Below are positions 20,861-28,587 of a DNA stretch of 41,499 nt, piece by piece (the first letter of the stretch is position 1; each line of letters begins with the position of its first letter). The position numbers were made by a program, and so were the translations under genes. This DNA is from a virus. Location: IMG/VR virus record IMGVR_UViG_3300045988_023006, positions 1 through 41,499 of that record; one strand, given 5' to 3'. The notes beneath the pieces are model-generated. The model ran no database searches and was not told the origin of the DNA. It was given only the letters and a program-made list of their open reading frames with translations.

Positions 20861-21718
20861 ATGCGGTATAGGTGCCCCGTAAGGGGAGACCTCAGCACGT
20901 CAGTGGTAGAGGACAACTACGATCCTGTTTTACCGGCAGAGCCGAAGAGCAAACTGGGCGATGTGTACCAGCTTGGAGACCATCGCCTTATGTGCGGAGA
21001 TAGCACGTCTTTGGCAGACGTACAGAAGCTCTTGGGGGGGGCACAAATGGATTTGCTGCTCACAGACCCCCCGTACAATGTGGACTATCAGGGCACCGCC
21101 GGGAAGATTAAGAACGACAATATGGAGGATACGGCCTTCAGGCGTTTCCTGACGGATGCTTTCTCCAATGCGGCGATGGTCATGAAGCCCGGTGCTCCGT
21201 TCTACATCTGGCATGCAGACAGCGAGGGGTATAACTTCCGAGGCGCGTGCAGAGATGCGATGCTGCGTGTCCGGCAGTGCCTGATCTGGGTGAAAAACTC
21301 CCTTGTTATGGGGAGACAGGATTTCCAGTGGAAACATGAGCCTTGCCTGTATGGTGAGAGCGAGATTGAAGAGGAAGCGCATGAACCTTGTCTATACGGA
21401 TGGACGGAAGGCAAGAAGCACTATTTCTTCAAGAACCGCAGGCAGACAACTGTGCTGAATTTCGATAAGCCTGTCAAGTCTGCGGAGCATCCGACCATGA
21501 AGCCGATTAAGCTGTTTGATTACCAGATGCAGTGCTCCAGTAAGCCGGGTGAGAATGTTCTCGACCTGTTCGCTGGATCTGGAACAACGATCATGGCAGC
21601 GGAGCAGAATGGCAGACACGCTTTCTGCATGGAGTATGACCCGAAGTATGCCGATGTCATTATTGATCGATGGGAAAAGTTTACCGGAGAAAAGGCGGTA
21701 CTTCTGCATGACGATTGA
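20861..21718 (+). CDS. DNA methyltransferase, N6_N4_Mtase family
   Basis: About 285 aa from ATG 20861 (the start is uncertain; GTG 20903 is an alternative). ..GDVYQLGDHRLMCGDST.., LLTDPPYNV, ..EHPTMKPIKLF.., LDLFAGSGTT. Confidence 0.8.
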   Translation: MRYRCPVRGDLSTSVVEDNYDPVLPAEPKSKLGDVYQLGDHRLMCGDSTSLADVQKLLGGAQMDLLLTDPPYNVDYQGTAGKIKNDNMEDTAFRRFLTDAFSNAAMVMKPGAPFYIWHADSEGYNFRGACRDAMLRVRQCLIWVKNSLVMGRQDFQWKHEPCLYGESEIEEEAHEPCLYGWTEGKKHYFFKNRRQTTVLNFDKPVKSAEHPTMKPIKLFDYQMQCSSKPGENVLDLFAGSGTTIMAAEQNGRHAFCMEYDPKYADVIIDRWEKFTGEKAVLLHDD

Positions 21719-21813
21719 AGAGGCGCGGGCGATCATCGAAAAAACAAGCAGCCCGCACCTAAAGCGGGACATGGAGAAGTTTATTAAACGCCAGCAGAGA
21801 AAGGAGGGCGCGT

Positions 21814-22182
21814 ATGGCAAGGCCAAGAAAGGAAATAGACCAGAAGCAGTTCGAAAACCTCTGCGGCCTGCAATGCACGCTTGAAGAGATCTGCGGCTGG
21901 TTTGGTGTGACCGATAAAACATTGGATAGTTGGTGTAAACGCACCTATCATGCCAGTTTTTCCGAGGTATTTAAGCAAAAGCGAGGAGCGGGGAAAATTT
22001 CGCTGCGGAGAAGTCAGTGGCAGCTTGCGGCAAAGAACGCAAGCATGGCAATTTGGCTGGGGAAACAGTACCTTGGGCAGCGCGATATTGTTGAGCTGGG
22101 TTTGCCGGCAGACAACACGCAGGAGGACGCTTTGAGCGTGAGCCTGCGTGAAATGGCAGAAGGGTTGGAGAGCGATGATTAG
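21814..22182 (+). CDS. terS: Terminase small subunit
   Basis: 122 aa with RBS GGAGGG. N-terminal HTH (..LEEICGWFGVTDKTLDSWCKR..). Lies immediately upstream of TerL. Confidence 0.7.
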   Translation: MARPRKEIDQKQFENLCGLQCTLEEICGWFGVTDKTLDSWCKRTYHASFSEVFKQKRGAGKISLRRSQWQLAAKNASMAIWLGKQYLGQRDIVELGLPADNTQEDALSVSLREMAEGLESDD

Positions 22183-23404
22183 CCCGAAGCAGCAGAAAAT
22201 CCTTGCTTTCCCCTATTCCAAGTATGATGCACTGATCTGCGACGGTGCTGTGCGTTCCGGCAAGACTTCCATCATGATGTGGGCGTTCGTCCGCTGGGCG
22301 ATGGAGAATTTCAGCGGTCAGCGCTTCGGTGTGTGTGGCCGCACGGTGGATAGCTGCACCAAGAACATCATCGTGCCGTTTACGGCGATGAGCTTGGCAA
22401 AGGAGCGCTATATCATCCGCTGGCGGCGCGGCGACAAGGTAATGGAAGTGCGGCGCGGAGCCGTGACGAATTACTTTGAAGTGTTCGGTGGAAAGGACGA
22501 GGCAAGCTATACGCTGATCCAAGGCCGCACGCTGGCGGGGGTGCTGCTGGACGAGGTGGTGCTGATGCCGCGCTCGTTTGTGGAACAGGCATTGACCCGC
22601 TGTTCAGTAGACGGCGCAAAGCTGTGGTTTTCCTGCAACCCGGGGAGCCCACAGCACTGGTTTTATACAGAGTGGATCAAGCGGCACAAAGAGCGCAACG
22701 CTCTGTATCTGCACTTTGAGATGACGGACAACCCCGGCCTGAGCGAAAAGACGCTGGAGCGCTACCAGAACATGTTTACCGGTGTGTTCTACGACCGATA
22801 TATCCGTGGATTGTGGGTGCTGGCCGAGGGTCTGGTATACGACTTTGGCGAGGAAAACATCGTGGACGATGTGCCGGAGAGCGGGGAATATTACATTTCC
22901 TGCGACTACGGCACGCTGAACCCATTTTCTGCTGGTTTGTGGTGCTGGGACGGCAAGACGGCCACCCGCATCCGGGAGTATTACTACTCCGGGCGGGAAG
23001 AACACAGAAACAAGACTGACGAGGAATATTATACGGAGTTGGAGAAGCTGGTGGGAGAGCTGCCGGTGATAAGCGTCATCGTGGACCCGTCGGCGGCGTC
23101 CTTCATCGAGGTTATCAAGCGGCACGGGAAGTTCAAGGTGCGCAAGGCGGTCAATGACGTGCTGCCGGGCATCGCCACCACGGCGAGGTATCTGCGCAGC
23201 GGTGCGCTGAAGATACACAGGTCGTGTAAAGACGCCATTCGGGAATTCGGCCTCTACCGCTGGGACGAAAAATCCACAGAGGACAGGCCAATTAAGGAGA
23301 ACGACCACGCGATGGATGATACACGTTACTTTGCAATGACAGTATTGCGCCGGAAAGTGCGGGATGATAACGGGGAGAAATACATCCCCCTGTGGGAGAG
23401 GTGA
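22175..23404 (+). CDS. terL: Terminase large subunit (PBSX/Terminase_3-like)
   Basis: 409 aa from ATG 22175. Walker A ..CDGAVRSGKTS.., a Walker B-like LLDEV, and a C-terminal nuclease region with DHAMDDTRY. Confidence 0.9.
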   Translation: MISPKQQKILAFPYSKYDALICDGAVRSGKTSIMMWAFVRWAMENFSGQRFGVCGRTVDSCTKNIIVPFTAMSLAKERYIIRWRRGDKVMEVRRGAVTNYFEVFGGKDEASYTLIQGRTLAGVLLDEVVLMPRSFVEQALTRCSVDGAKLWFSCNPGSPQHWFYTEWIKRHKERNALYLHFEMTDNPGLSEKTLERYQNMFTGVFYDRYIRGLWVLAEGLVYDFGEENIVDDVPESGEYYISCDYGTLNPFSAGLWCWDGKTATRIREYYYSGREEHRNKTDEEYYTELEKLVGELPVISVIVDPSAASFIEVIKRHGKFKVRKAVNDVLPGIATTARYLRSGALKIHRSCKDAIREFGLYRWDEKSTEDRPIKENDHAMDDTRYFAMTVLRRKVRDDNGEKYIPLWER

Positions 23405-23408
23405 TAGC

Positions 23409-24749
23409 TTGCTGACATATCAGGACTTGCTCGCCGTGGGCGAGAACGAACAGGACCGAATGGATTTTATCCGGCGGGTCATCAATGAGCACAAAGGCTC
23501 TGCGGCTTACCGGTTCGCGGTAGACGCACAGCGATATTACGACGGCGAGAATCCCACCATCAGCCGGTATGAGAAGATCATCTATGACCTTCAGGGACGC
23601 GCCCACCGGGACATGTACACGGCAAACCACAAACTCATGTCAAGTTTCTTTGGATTTGTCGTGCGGCAGGAGGCAAACTATCTGCTGGGCAACGGCGTGA
23701 CCTTTCAGAAGAGGGAGACAAAGGCCAGACTGGGCGCTGACTTTGACCAGCGGGTCAAGGACGCAGGCAAGAGCGCCCTGGTATGCGGCGTGGCGTTCGG
23801 GTTCTTCAACCTGGACCGGGTTCAGGTGTTCGAGCTGACCGAGTTTGCGCCCCTTTACGACGAGGAAAACGGTGCCTTGATGGCCGGTGTGCGGTTCTGG
23901 CAAGTGGCAGACGATAAGCCGCTTCGTGCCACGCTGTACGAGCTGGACGGATACACCGAGTACATCCAGCGCAGCGGGGAGAACATGACCGTGCTGACGG
24001 ACAAACAACGGTACAAGGTCAATGTCCGCACGGACGGCCTGGGCGCGGAGACCATTCTGGACGGTGACAATTATCCTGGATTTCCGATTGTCCCTCTGAA
24101 AAACGGCAAAAACTGCCGGTCGGAGCTGCGGGGACGGCGGAACACCGTGGACGCGCTGGACCTGGTCTGCTCCAACATGGTAAACAACGTGGACGAGGGC
24201 AACCTCATCTATTGGGTGCTGACCAATGCGGGCGGCATGAATGACTTGGACGACGTGAAGTTTTTGGAGCGTATCAAGACCCTCCACGTGGCCCACACCG
24301 ATGACGAAGTGAACGCAGAGCCGCACACCATCGAGGCCCCCTTTGAGGGCACTAACGCAACCATTGACATGCTCAAGCGCAAGCTGTACGAGGATTTTCA
24401 GGCGTTTGACAGCGCCGCCGTGAGCGCAGGCAATCAGACGGCCACGGCCATCAAGGCCAGCTATGTGCCGCTGGACCTGAAAGTTGACGACTTCGAAAGC
24501 GACGTCACCGATTTTATCCAAGGCATCCTGGCGCTGGCCGGGGCGGACGATACGCCCAGCTATACCCGCAGCCAGATTATCAATAAGCCCGAAGAAACCC
24601 AGACCGTTCTGATGGGCGCGGAATACTACGATGATGAGTACATCACCAAGAAGTTGCTAACCATCAATGGTGACATTGACCAGTACGAGGACATGGCAAA
24701 GCGGAAGGCGGCAGAAGAGATTGACCGGAGCCAAATGGAGGTGGAATGA
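23409..24749 (+). CDS. Portal protein (SPP1 gp6-like)
   Basis: About 446 aa from TTG 23409 (RBS GGAGAGGTG). Supported by size, its position after TerL, and an acidic C-terminus. Confidence 0.8.
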   Translation: MLTYQDLLAVGENEQDRMDFIRRVINEHKGSAAYRFAVDAQRYYDGENPTISRYEKIIYDLQGRAHRDMYTANHKLMSSFFGFVVRQEANYLLGNGVTFQKRETKARLGADFDQRVKDAGKSALVCGVAFGFFNLDRVQVFELTEFAPLYDEENGALMAGVRFWQVADDKPLRATLYELDGYTEYIQRSGENMTVLTDKQRYKVNVRTDGLGAETILDGDNYPGFPIVPLKNGKNCRSELRGRRNTVDALDLVCSNMVNNVDEGNLIYWVLTNAGGMNDLDDVKFLERIKTLHVAHTDDEVNAEPHTIEAPFEGTNATIDMLKRKLYEDFQAFDSAAVSAGNQTATAIKASYVPLDLKVDDFESDVTDFIQGILALAGADDTPSYTRSQIINKPEETQTVLMGAEYYDDEYITKKLLTINGDIDQYEDMAKRKAAEEIDRSQMEVE

Positions 24750-25030
24750 TGGGAGCAATATCTAAGATTGCTGAAAAGTGCATGGCGTGCCCCAACGTTG
24801 ATAAATGCTCTCACAAGCGGATGGAGGCATGCGCCAATTACGAGCATAGGAATATGGCCGAATCACTAGCGATGCCATCAAAATCAGATATGGCAGCCAC
24901 CGTTCTCCGCGAAACGGTCAATACGATTGTCGATGGGCAGGTTGTGAAGGTTTACAAGGACGAGATTGAAAAAACACTATATAAGCACTTGTATGATGGC
25001 TTGGGTTGCGGATTTATCAATGGCGCATAG
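24746..25030 (+). CDS. Hypothetical protein
   Basis: 94 aa, between the portal and MuF genes. Confidence 0.5.
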   Translation: MMGAISKIAEKCMACPNVDKCSHKRMEACANYEHRNMAESLAMPSKSDMAATVLRETVNTIVDGQVVKVYKDEIEKTLYKHLYDGLGCGFINGA

Positions 25031-25041
25031 GGTGGCGAGAT

Positions 25042-26559
25042 ATGGCGAAAACGGACGAAGGCCACAAGCTGACCGACAAGGAGCTTTCGAAGCTGGAGCG
25101 GCGCATTACGAAACTTTACCGCGAAGCCGGGAAGGAATTGCAAGGAACCATCGACGCATATTTTGAGCAATTTAAAAAGCGCGATGAGGAAATGAAAGCG
25201 CTGATCGGCACGGTGCAGAACGGCAAGGAGTGGACGGAGGCCGACTATAAGCAATGGCGGCTCAATCAGATCGGTCGAGGGGAACGCTATCAGGCCATGC
25301 GCGACAAGGTGGCGCACCGCGTCACCGATGCGAACGCCGTGGCGGTGTCCTACACCAACGATGCAACGCCCGGTATCTACTCACTGAACCGCAACTATGC
25401 GGCGTACACCATCGAGAGCGTGGCTGGGGATGTAGGCTTTGATCTGTGGGACGAGCAGACGGTGAAGCGCCTGGTTGTGGAGCAGCCGGGGCTGATGCCG
25501 TATTACCCCAAAAATAGAGCATTGAAACGCGGCATTGCCCTTGCGTATGGCAAGAAGCAAATCACGGCCAGCGTCACCAGCTCCATCTTGCAGGGGAAAA
25601 GCATCAAGCACATGGCGGACGACCTGCAAAAACGTATCACCACCATGAGCCGCAATAGCGCTATCCGCACCGCGAGAACCGCCGTCACCGGCGCACAGAA
25701 CGCCGGACGCATGGACAGCTACGCAGCGGCGGAGAAAATTGGCATCAAGCTCAAAAAACAATGGCTGGCCACGCTGGACAACCGGACGCGGCATTCACAC
25801 GCCATGCTGGACGGCGAAAAGGTAGATCAAGATAAGAAATTCTCCAACGGCTGCCGCTTTCCGGGCGATCCGCAGGGGCCAGCGTGGGAGATCTACAACT
25901 GCCGCTGCACGCTTGTTGCGGATGTGGATGGGGTAGATACCTCCACAGGGCAAAGACGCGCCAAAAACCCCGTTACAGGCGAAACAGAGGTTATTTCTGA
26001 CATGACCTATTCCGAGTGGGCGGAGCAGAAGCAAGCGGAAGACGCTGCGGCCTGGAATACATACATGAAGAAGGGCCGCAACCTTTCCACTGATACAAAA
26101 CAGTGGCAGGAATACAAATCGGTTCTGGGAAACAAAGTTCCAAACACGGTTGAGAAGTTCCAGAATTTGAAGTATAATGAACCTGATAAGTGGGCCCAAC
26201 TGAAAACCATGAAACGGCAAACCGTTTTTGTGAATAACGCCGAATGTGTGACAACGCCTAAAAAATACACCGGGTATTTCCTGAAAGATGGCGCAAAACA
26301 CGCGGATCAATTTTTTGATGTTGGCTATACAGCGGATAACCCATTGCAGCTGCGTTATGATATGGCACGGCAGTTTGATATGAGCAAGGCTGTTGATGTG
26401 CAGGAGTTAAATGGCGGTGCGATAATGTTTAATATCTACATGACACTTGGAGTTACAAAACAGCGCACTTTTTTAACGGGATGGATTCAAGATACACCGG
26501 ATAGCAAACCGAGGATCGTAACCGGATTCAGAAAAAACAAGGAGAATTCGCATGATTAA
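25042..26559 (+). CDS. Minor head protein, Phage_Mu_F / SPP1 gp7 family, with a ~210-aa C-terminal extension
   Basis: 505 aa from ATG 25042. MuF hallmark ..NRTRHSHAMLDGEKV..FPGDPQGPAWEIYNCRCTL... An extra linker plus compact domain follows after roughly nt 25915. Confidence 0.85.
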   Translation: MAKTDEGHKLTDKELSKLERRITKLYREAGKELQGTIDAYFEQFKKRDEEMKALIGTVQNGKEWTEADYKQWRLNQIGRGERYQAMRDKVAHRVTDANAVAVSYTNDATPGIYSLNRNYAAYTIESVAGDVGFDLWDEQTVKRLVVEQPGLMPYYPKNRALKRGIALAYGKKQITASVTSSILQGKSIKHMADDLQKRITTMSRNSAIRTARTAVTGAQNAGRMDSYAAAEKIGIKLKKQWLATLDNRTRHSHAMLDGEKVDQDKKFSNGCRFPGDPQGPAWEIYNCRCTLVADVDGVDTSTGQRRAKNPVTGETEVISDMTYSEWAEQKQAEDAAAWNTYMKKGRNLSTDTKQWQEYKSVLGNKVPNTVEKFQNLKYNEPDKWAQLKTMKRQTVFVNNAECVTTPKKYTGYFLKDGAKHADQFFDVGYTADNPLQLRYDMARQFDMSKAVDVQELNGGAIMFNIYMTLGVTKQRTFLTGWIQDTPDSKPRIVTGFRKNKENSHD

Positions 26560-26707
26560 CGAATATGACCGTGTAAAAATCATTGAGACAGGCGATGTCG
26601 GTATTGTTGTTGATATCCGGGAGACCAACGGCACGTTTTGTCTTGTTGAACGAGACGGTGACAATGAACTATTCGACTGCGCTGAAAGCGAACTGGAAAA
26701 ACTATGA
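26552..26707 (+). CDS. 51-aa SH3-like small protein (not in ORF track), candidate immunity partner of the MuF C-terminal domain
   Basis: ATG 26552 lies 6 nt after AAGGAGA and overlaps the MuF stop. Its own stop overlaps the next ATG. Product MINEYDRVKIIETGDVGIVVDIRETNGTFCLVERDGDNELFDCAESELEKL. Confidence 0.55.
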   Translation: MINEYDRVKIIETGDVGIVVDIRETNGTFCLVERDGDNELFDCAESELEKL

Positions 26708-27102
26708 AAGTTGATTTCACAGACAACTCCAAAGAAGTCCTCGCTGCCATGCATGAGGCCGCTGCCAGGGCGCTGGAAAAGTGCGGGCTGGTTGCAGAGG
26801 GCTATGCGAAAAAGCTCTGCCCCGTGGACACCGGTAATCTGCGCAACAGCATTACCCATACGGTAGACGAGCAGGAACCGGCAGCGATCATCGGGACAAA
26901 CAATGAATATGCCGCGTATGTGGAATTAGGTACCGGCAAATACGCGGAGGGCGGACGGCCGACGCCGTGGGTGTATCAGGACGCAAAAGGAAACTGGCAC
27001 ATGACCCACGGACAGCGGGCGCAGCCGTTTTTGAAACCTGCTGTTGCCGACCATGCCGCGCAGTATCGGGACATTTTGGAAAGTGAGCTGAAAAATGGAT
27101 GA
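26704..27102 (+). CDS. HK97 gp10-family protein
   Basis: 132 aa. ..PVDTGNLRNSI..YAAYVELGT..AQPFLKPA.. matches gp10-family motifs. Confidence 0.6.
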   Translation: MKVDFTDNSKEVLAAMHEAAARALEKCGLVAEGYAKKLCPVDTGNLRNSITHTVDEQEPAAIIGTNNEYAAYVELGTGKYAEGGRPTPWVYQDAKGNWHMTHGQRAQPFLKPAVADHAAQYRDILESELKNG

Positions 27103-27394
27103 GAATACAAGAAAAGCGATACACAATTTATCGGAAGAAATTGAACGGTTTGGAAGCGTTTTGTCCGAAGCTCTGATTGAAGCGGTGAATGCTCTTCGTG
27201 ACGCCTTTCCCGAATTCAAGGATGGTTGCGAAAACATCGTTGCTGGATTAGCGGGCTTTGTTGATAAAGCCATGAAAGCGATTCGAAATAGAGAAAGAGA
27301 GCGCAGAAAGTGGAGAAAAGCGCCTAACGCTCCCATTTTCCAATTGCTGCTGGATAAAAGAAAGAGGGTGCATCGGTGCAGGAACAACTGTTGA
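27095..27394 (+). CDS. Hypothetical protein
   Basis: 99 aa, helical with a basic tail. Confidence 0.5.
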   Translation: MDENTRKAIHNLSEEIERFGSVLSEALIEAVNALRDAFPEFKDGCENIVAGLAGFVDKAMKAIRNRERERRKWRKAPNAPIFQLLLDKRKRVHRCRNNC

Positions 27395-27528
27395 CACCGA
27401 AAAAAGTTGAGGATATCGAGTCCGTGCTGGCCAAGGGCGACCGGGTGGAGCTGATACCAGTCAAAGACGGCGTAAAAGTTATAAAAATAAAACGGGAGGA
27501 GATAAGGAAAATTGGAAAGAGAGTGTAG
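27376..27528 (+). CDS. Possible 50-aa protein (not in ORF track)
   Basis: GTG 27376 after AAGAGGGTG. Product VQEQLLTPKKVEDIESVLAKGDRVELIPVKDGVKVIKIKREEIRKIGKRV. Confidence 0.35.
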   Translation: MQEQLLTPKKVEDIESVLAKGDRVELIPVKDGVKVIKIKREEIRKIGKRV

Positions 27529-27787
27529 TAGATTAATGTGCCCATTGCAAGACAATACTATGAATACATCAGATTGTCAGTGCACCGACACTTGCGAATG
27601 GTTTACTCCTAAGTTAATTCTCTGTTCATTCTGCAATACATTCCAGGCAACACAAGAAATAAGCGGGAAGCCAGTTTGCGGATTCTGTAAAACACAGATT
27701 GATATGAACAATCAATTATCAAAATTGCGGCAAGAAATTGATACAGGATTTAAAATACTGGAAAAGCAAATTTCATATAAACTTTAA
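27512..27787 (+). CDS. Cys-rich zinc-ribbon / coiled-coil protein in an AT-rich islet
   Basis: 91 aa (the start may be an internal Met). ..CSFCNTF..PVCGFCKTQ.. then a coiled coil. The gene is markedly AT-richer than its neighbours. Confidence 0.5.
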   Translation: MERECSRLMCPLQDNTMNTSDCQCTDTCEWFTPKLILCSFCNTFQATQEISGKPVCGFCKTQIDMNNQLSKLRQEIDTGFKILEKQISYKL

Positions 27788-27834
27788 AATAAATATCGTT
27801 TGGCGCTGATAAACGTTTCAGTGCAACGACCAAG

Positions 27835-27873
27835 CGGGGTCAGTTACCGAGGATTTCTCGGTGGCTGGCCCCG
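27835..27873 (+). promoter_or_regulatory. Long 17-bp hairpin upstream of the scaffold gene
   Basis: CGGGGTCAGTTACCGAG-gattt-CTCGGTGGCTGGCCCCG (includes G-T pairs). Followed by a weaker hairpin plus T-run and by TATACAAT. Confidence 0.5.
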
Positions 27874-27963
27874 TATATTTTCGATAAAACCCGCGAGGTA
27901 CAGCGGTTTTTATACAATCTATCGCCGCGACGAACTGCGGACGAAGGAAAGGAAGATAGAAAA

Positions 27964-28569
27964 ATGGCACTTACACGCAAACTTTTGAAGGGGATGGGTC
28001 TCACCGACGAACAGGTGGACACCATCATCGAAGCGCATACCGACACCGTGGACGGATTGAAGGCGGATGTGAGCCGTTACAAGGCGGACGCGGAGAAGTT
28101 GCCCACAGTCCAGAAGGAATTGGACGACCTGAAAGCCGCCGGGGACGGCGGTTACAAGGAGAAGTATGAGAAGGAGCACAAGGCCTTTGACGACTTCAAG
28201 GCGGACATCACCGCAAAGGAGACCAAGGCCGCCAAAGAAAAGGCGGTAAAAGCCTATTACGAAAGCAAGAACATCACCGGCGACAATCTAACTATTGCTC
28301 TGCGCGGCAGCGGCGCGGAGATCGACGGCGTGGAGCTGGACGGCGACAAGATCAAGGACACCGCCGCTCTGGATGCGCTTGTGAGCGGTGCTTTTGCAAA
28401 GCTGGTCTCCACTACCACCACGAAGGGTGCCAATATCGCAAACCCTCCGGCGGGCGGAAGCCCCGGCACGATGACGAAAGCGGACATCTACAAAAAGGAC
28501 GATCACGGCCACTATATGCTGTCCGCATCTGAGCGACAGAAAGCGCTTATGGAAAACCAAATTACTTAA
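27964..28569 (+). CDS. Scaffolding protein (Phage_GP20-like)
   Basis: 201 aa. K/E/D/A-rich and helical. Lies immediately upstream of the capsid gene. Confidence 0.7.
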   Translation: MALTRKLLKGMGLTDEQVDTIIEAHTDTVDGLKADVSRYKADAEKLPTVQKELDDLKAAGDGGYKEKYEKEHKAFDDFKADITAKETKAAKEKAVKAYYESKNITGDNLTIALRGSGAEIDGVELDGDKIKDTAALDALVSGAFAKLVSTTTTKGANIANPPAGGSPGTMTKADIYKKDDHGHYMLSASERQKALMENQIT

Positions 28570-28587
28570 CAAGAAAGGATGAATTAC

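Noticed and set aside
21708-21884. A 58-aa ORF (MTIEEARAIIEKTSSPHLKRDMEKFIKRQQRKEG...) starting inside the methyltransferase stop region.
   Set aside because: The first ~35 residues look protein-like and fill the methyltransferase-TerS gap. However, the ORF would overlap the well-supported TerS start by ~70 nt, with a junk-like tail. It is left uncalled and could be real if it ends earlier in relatives.
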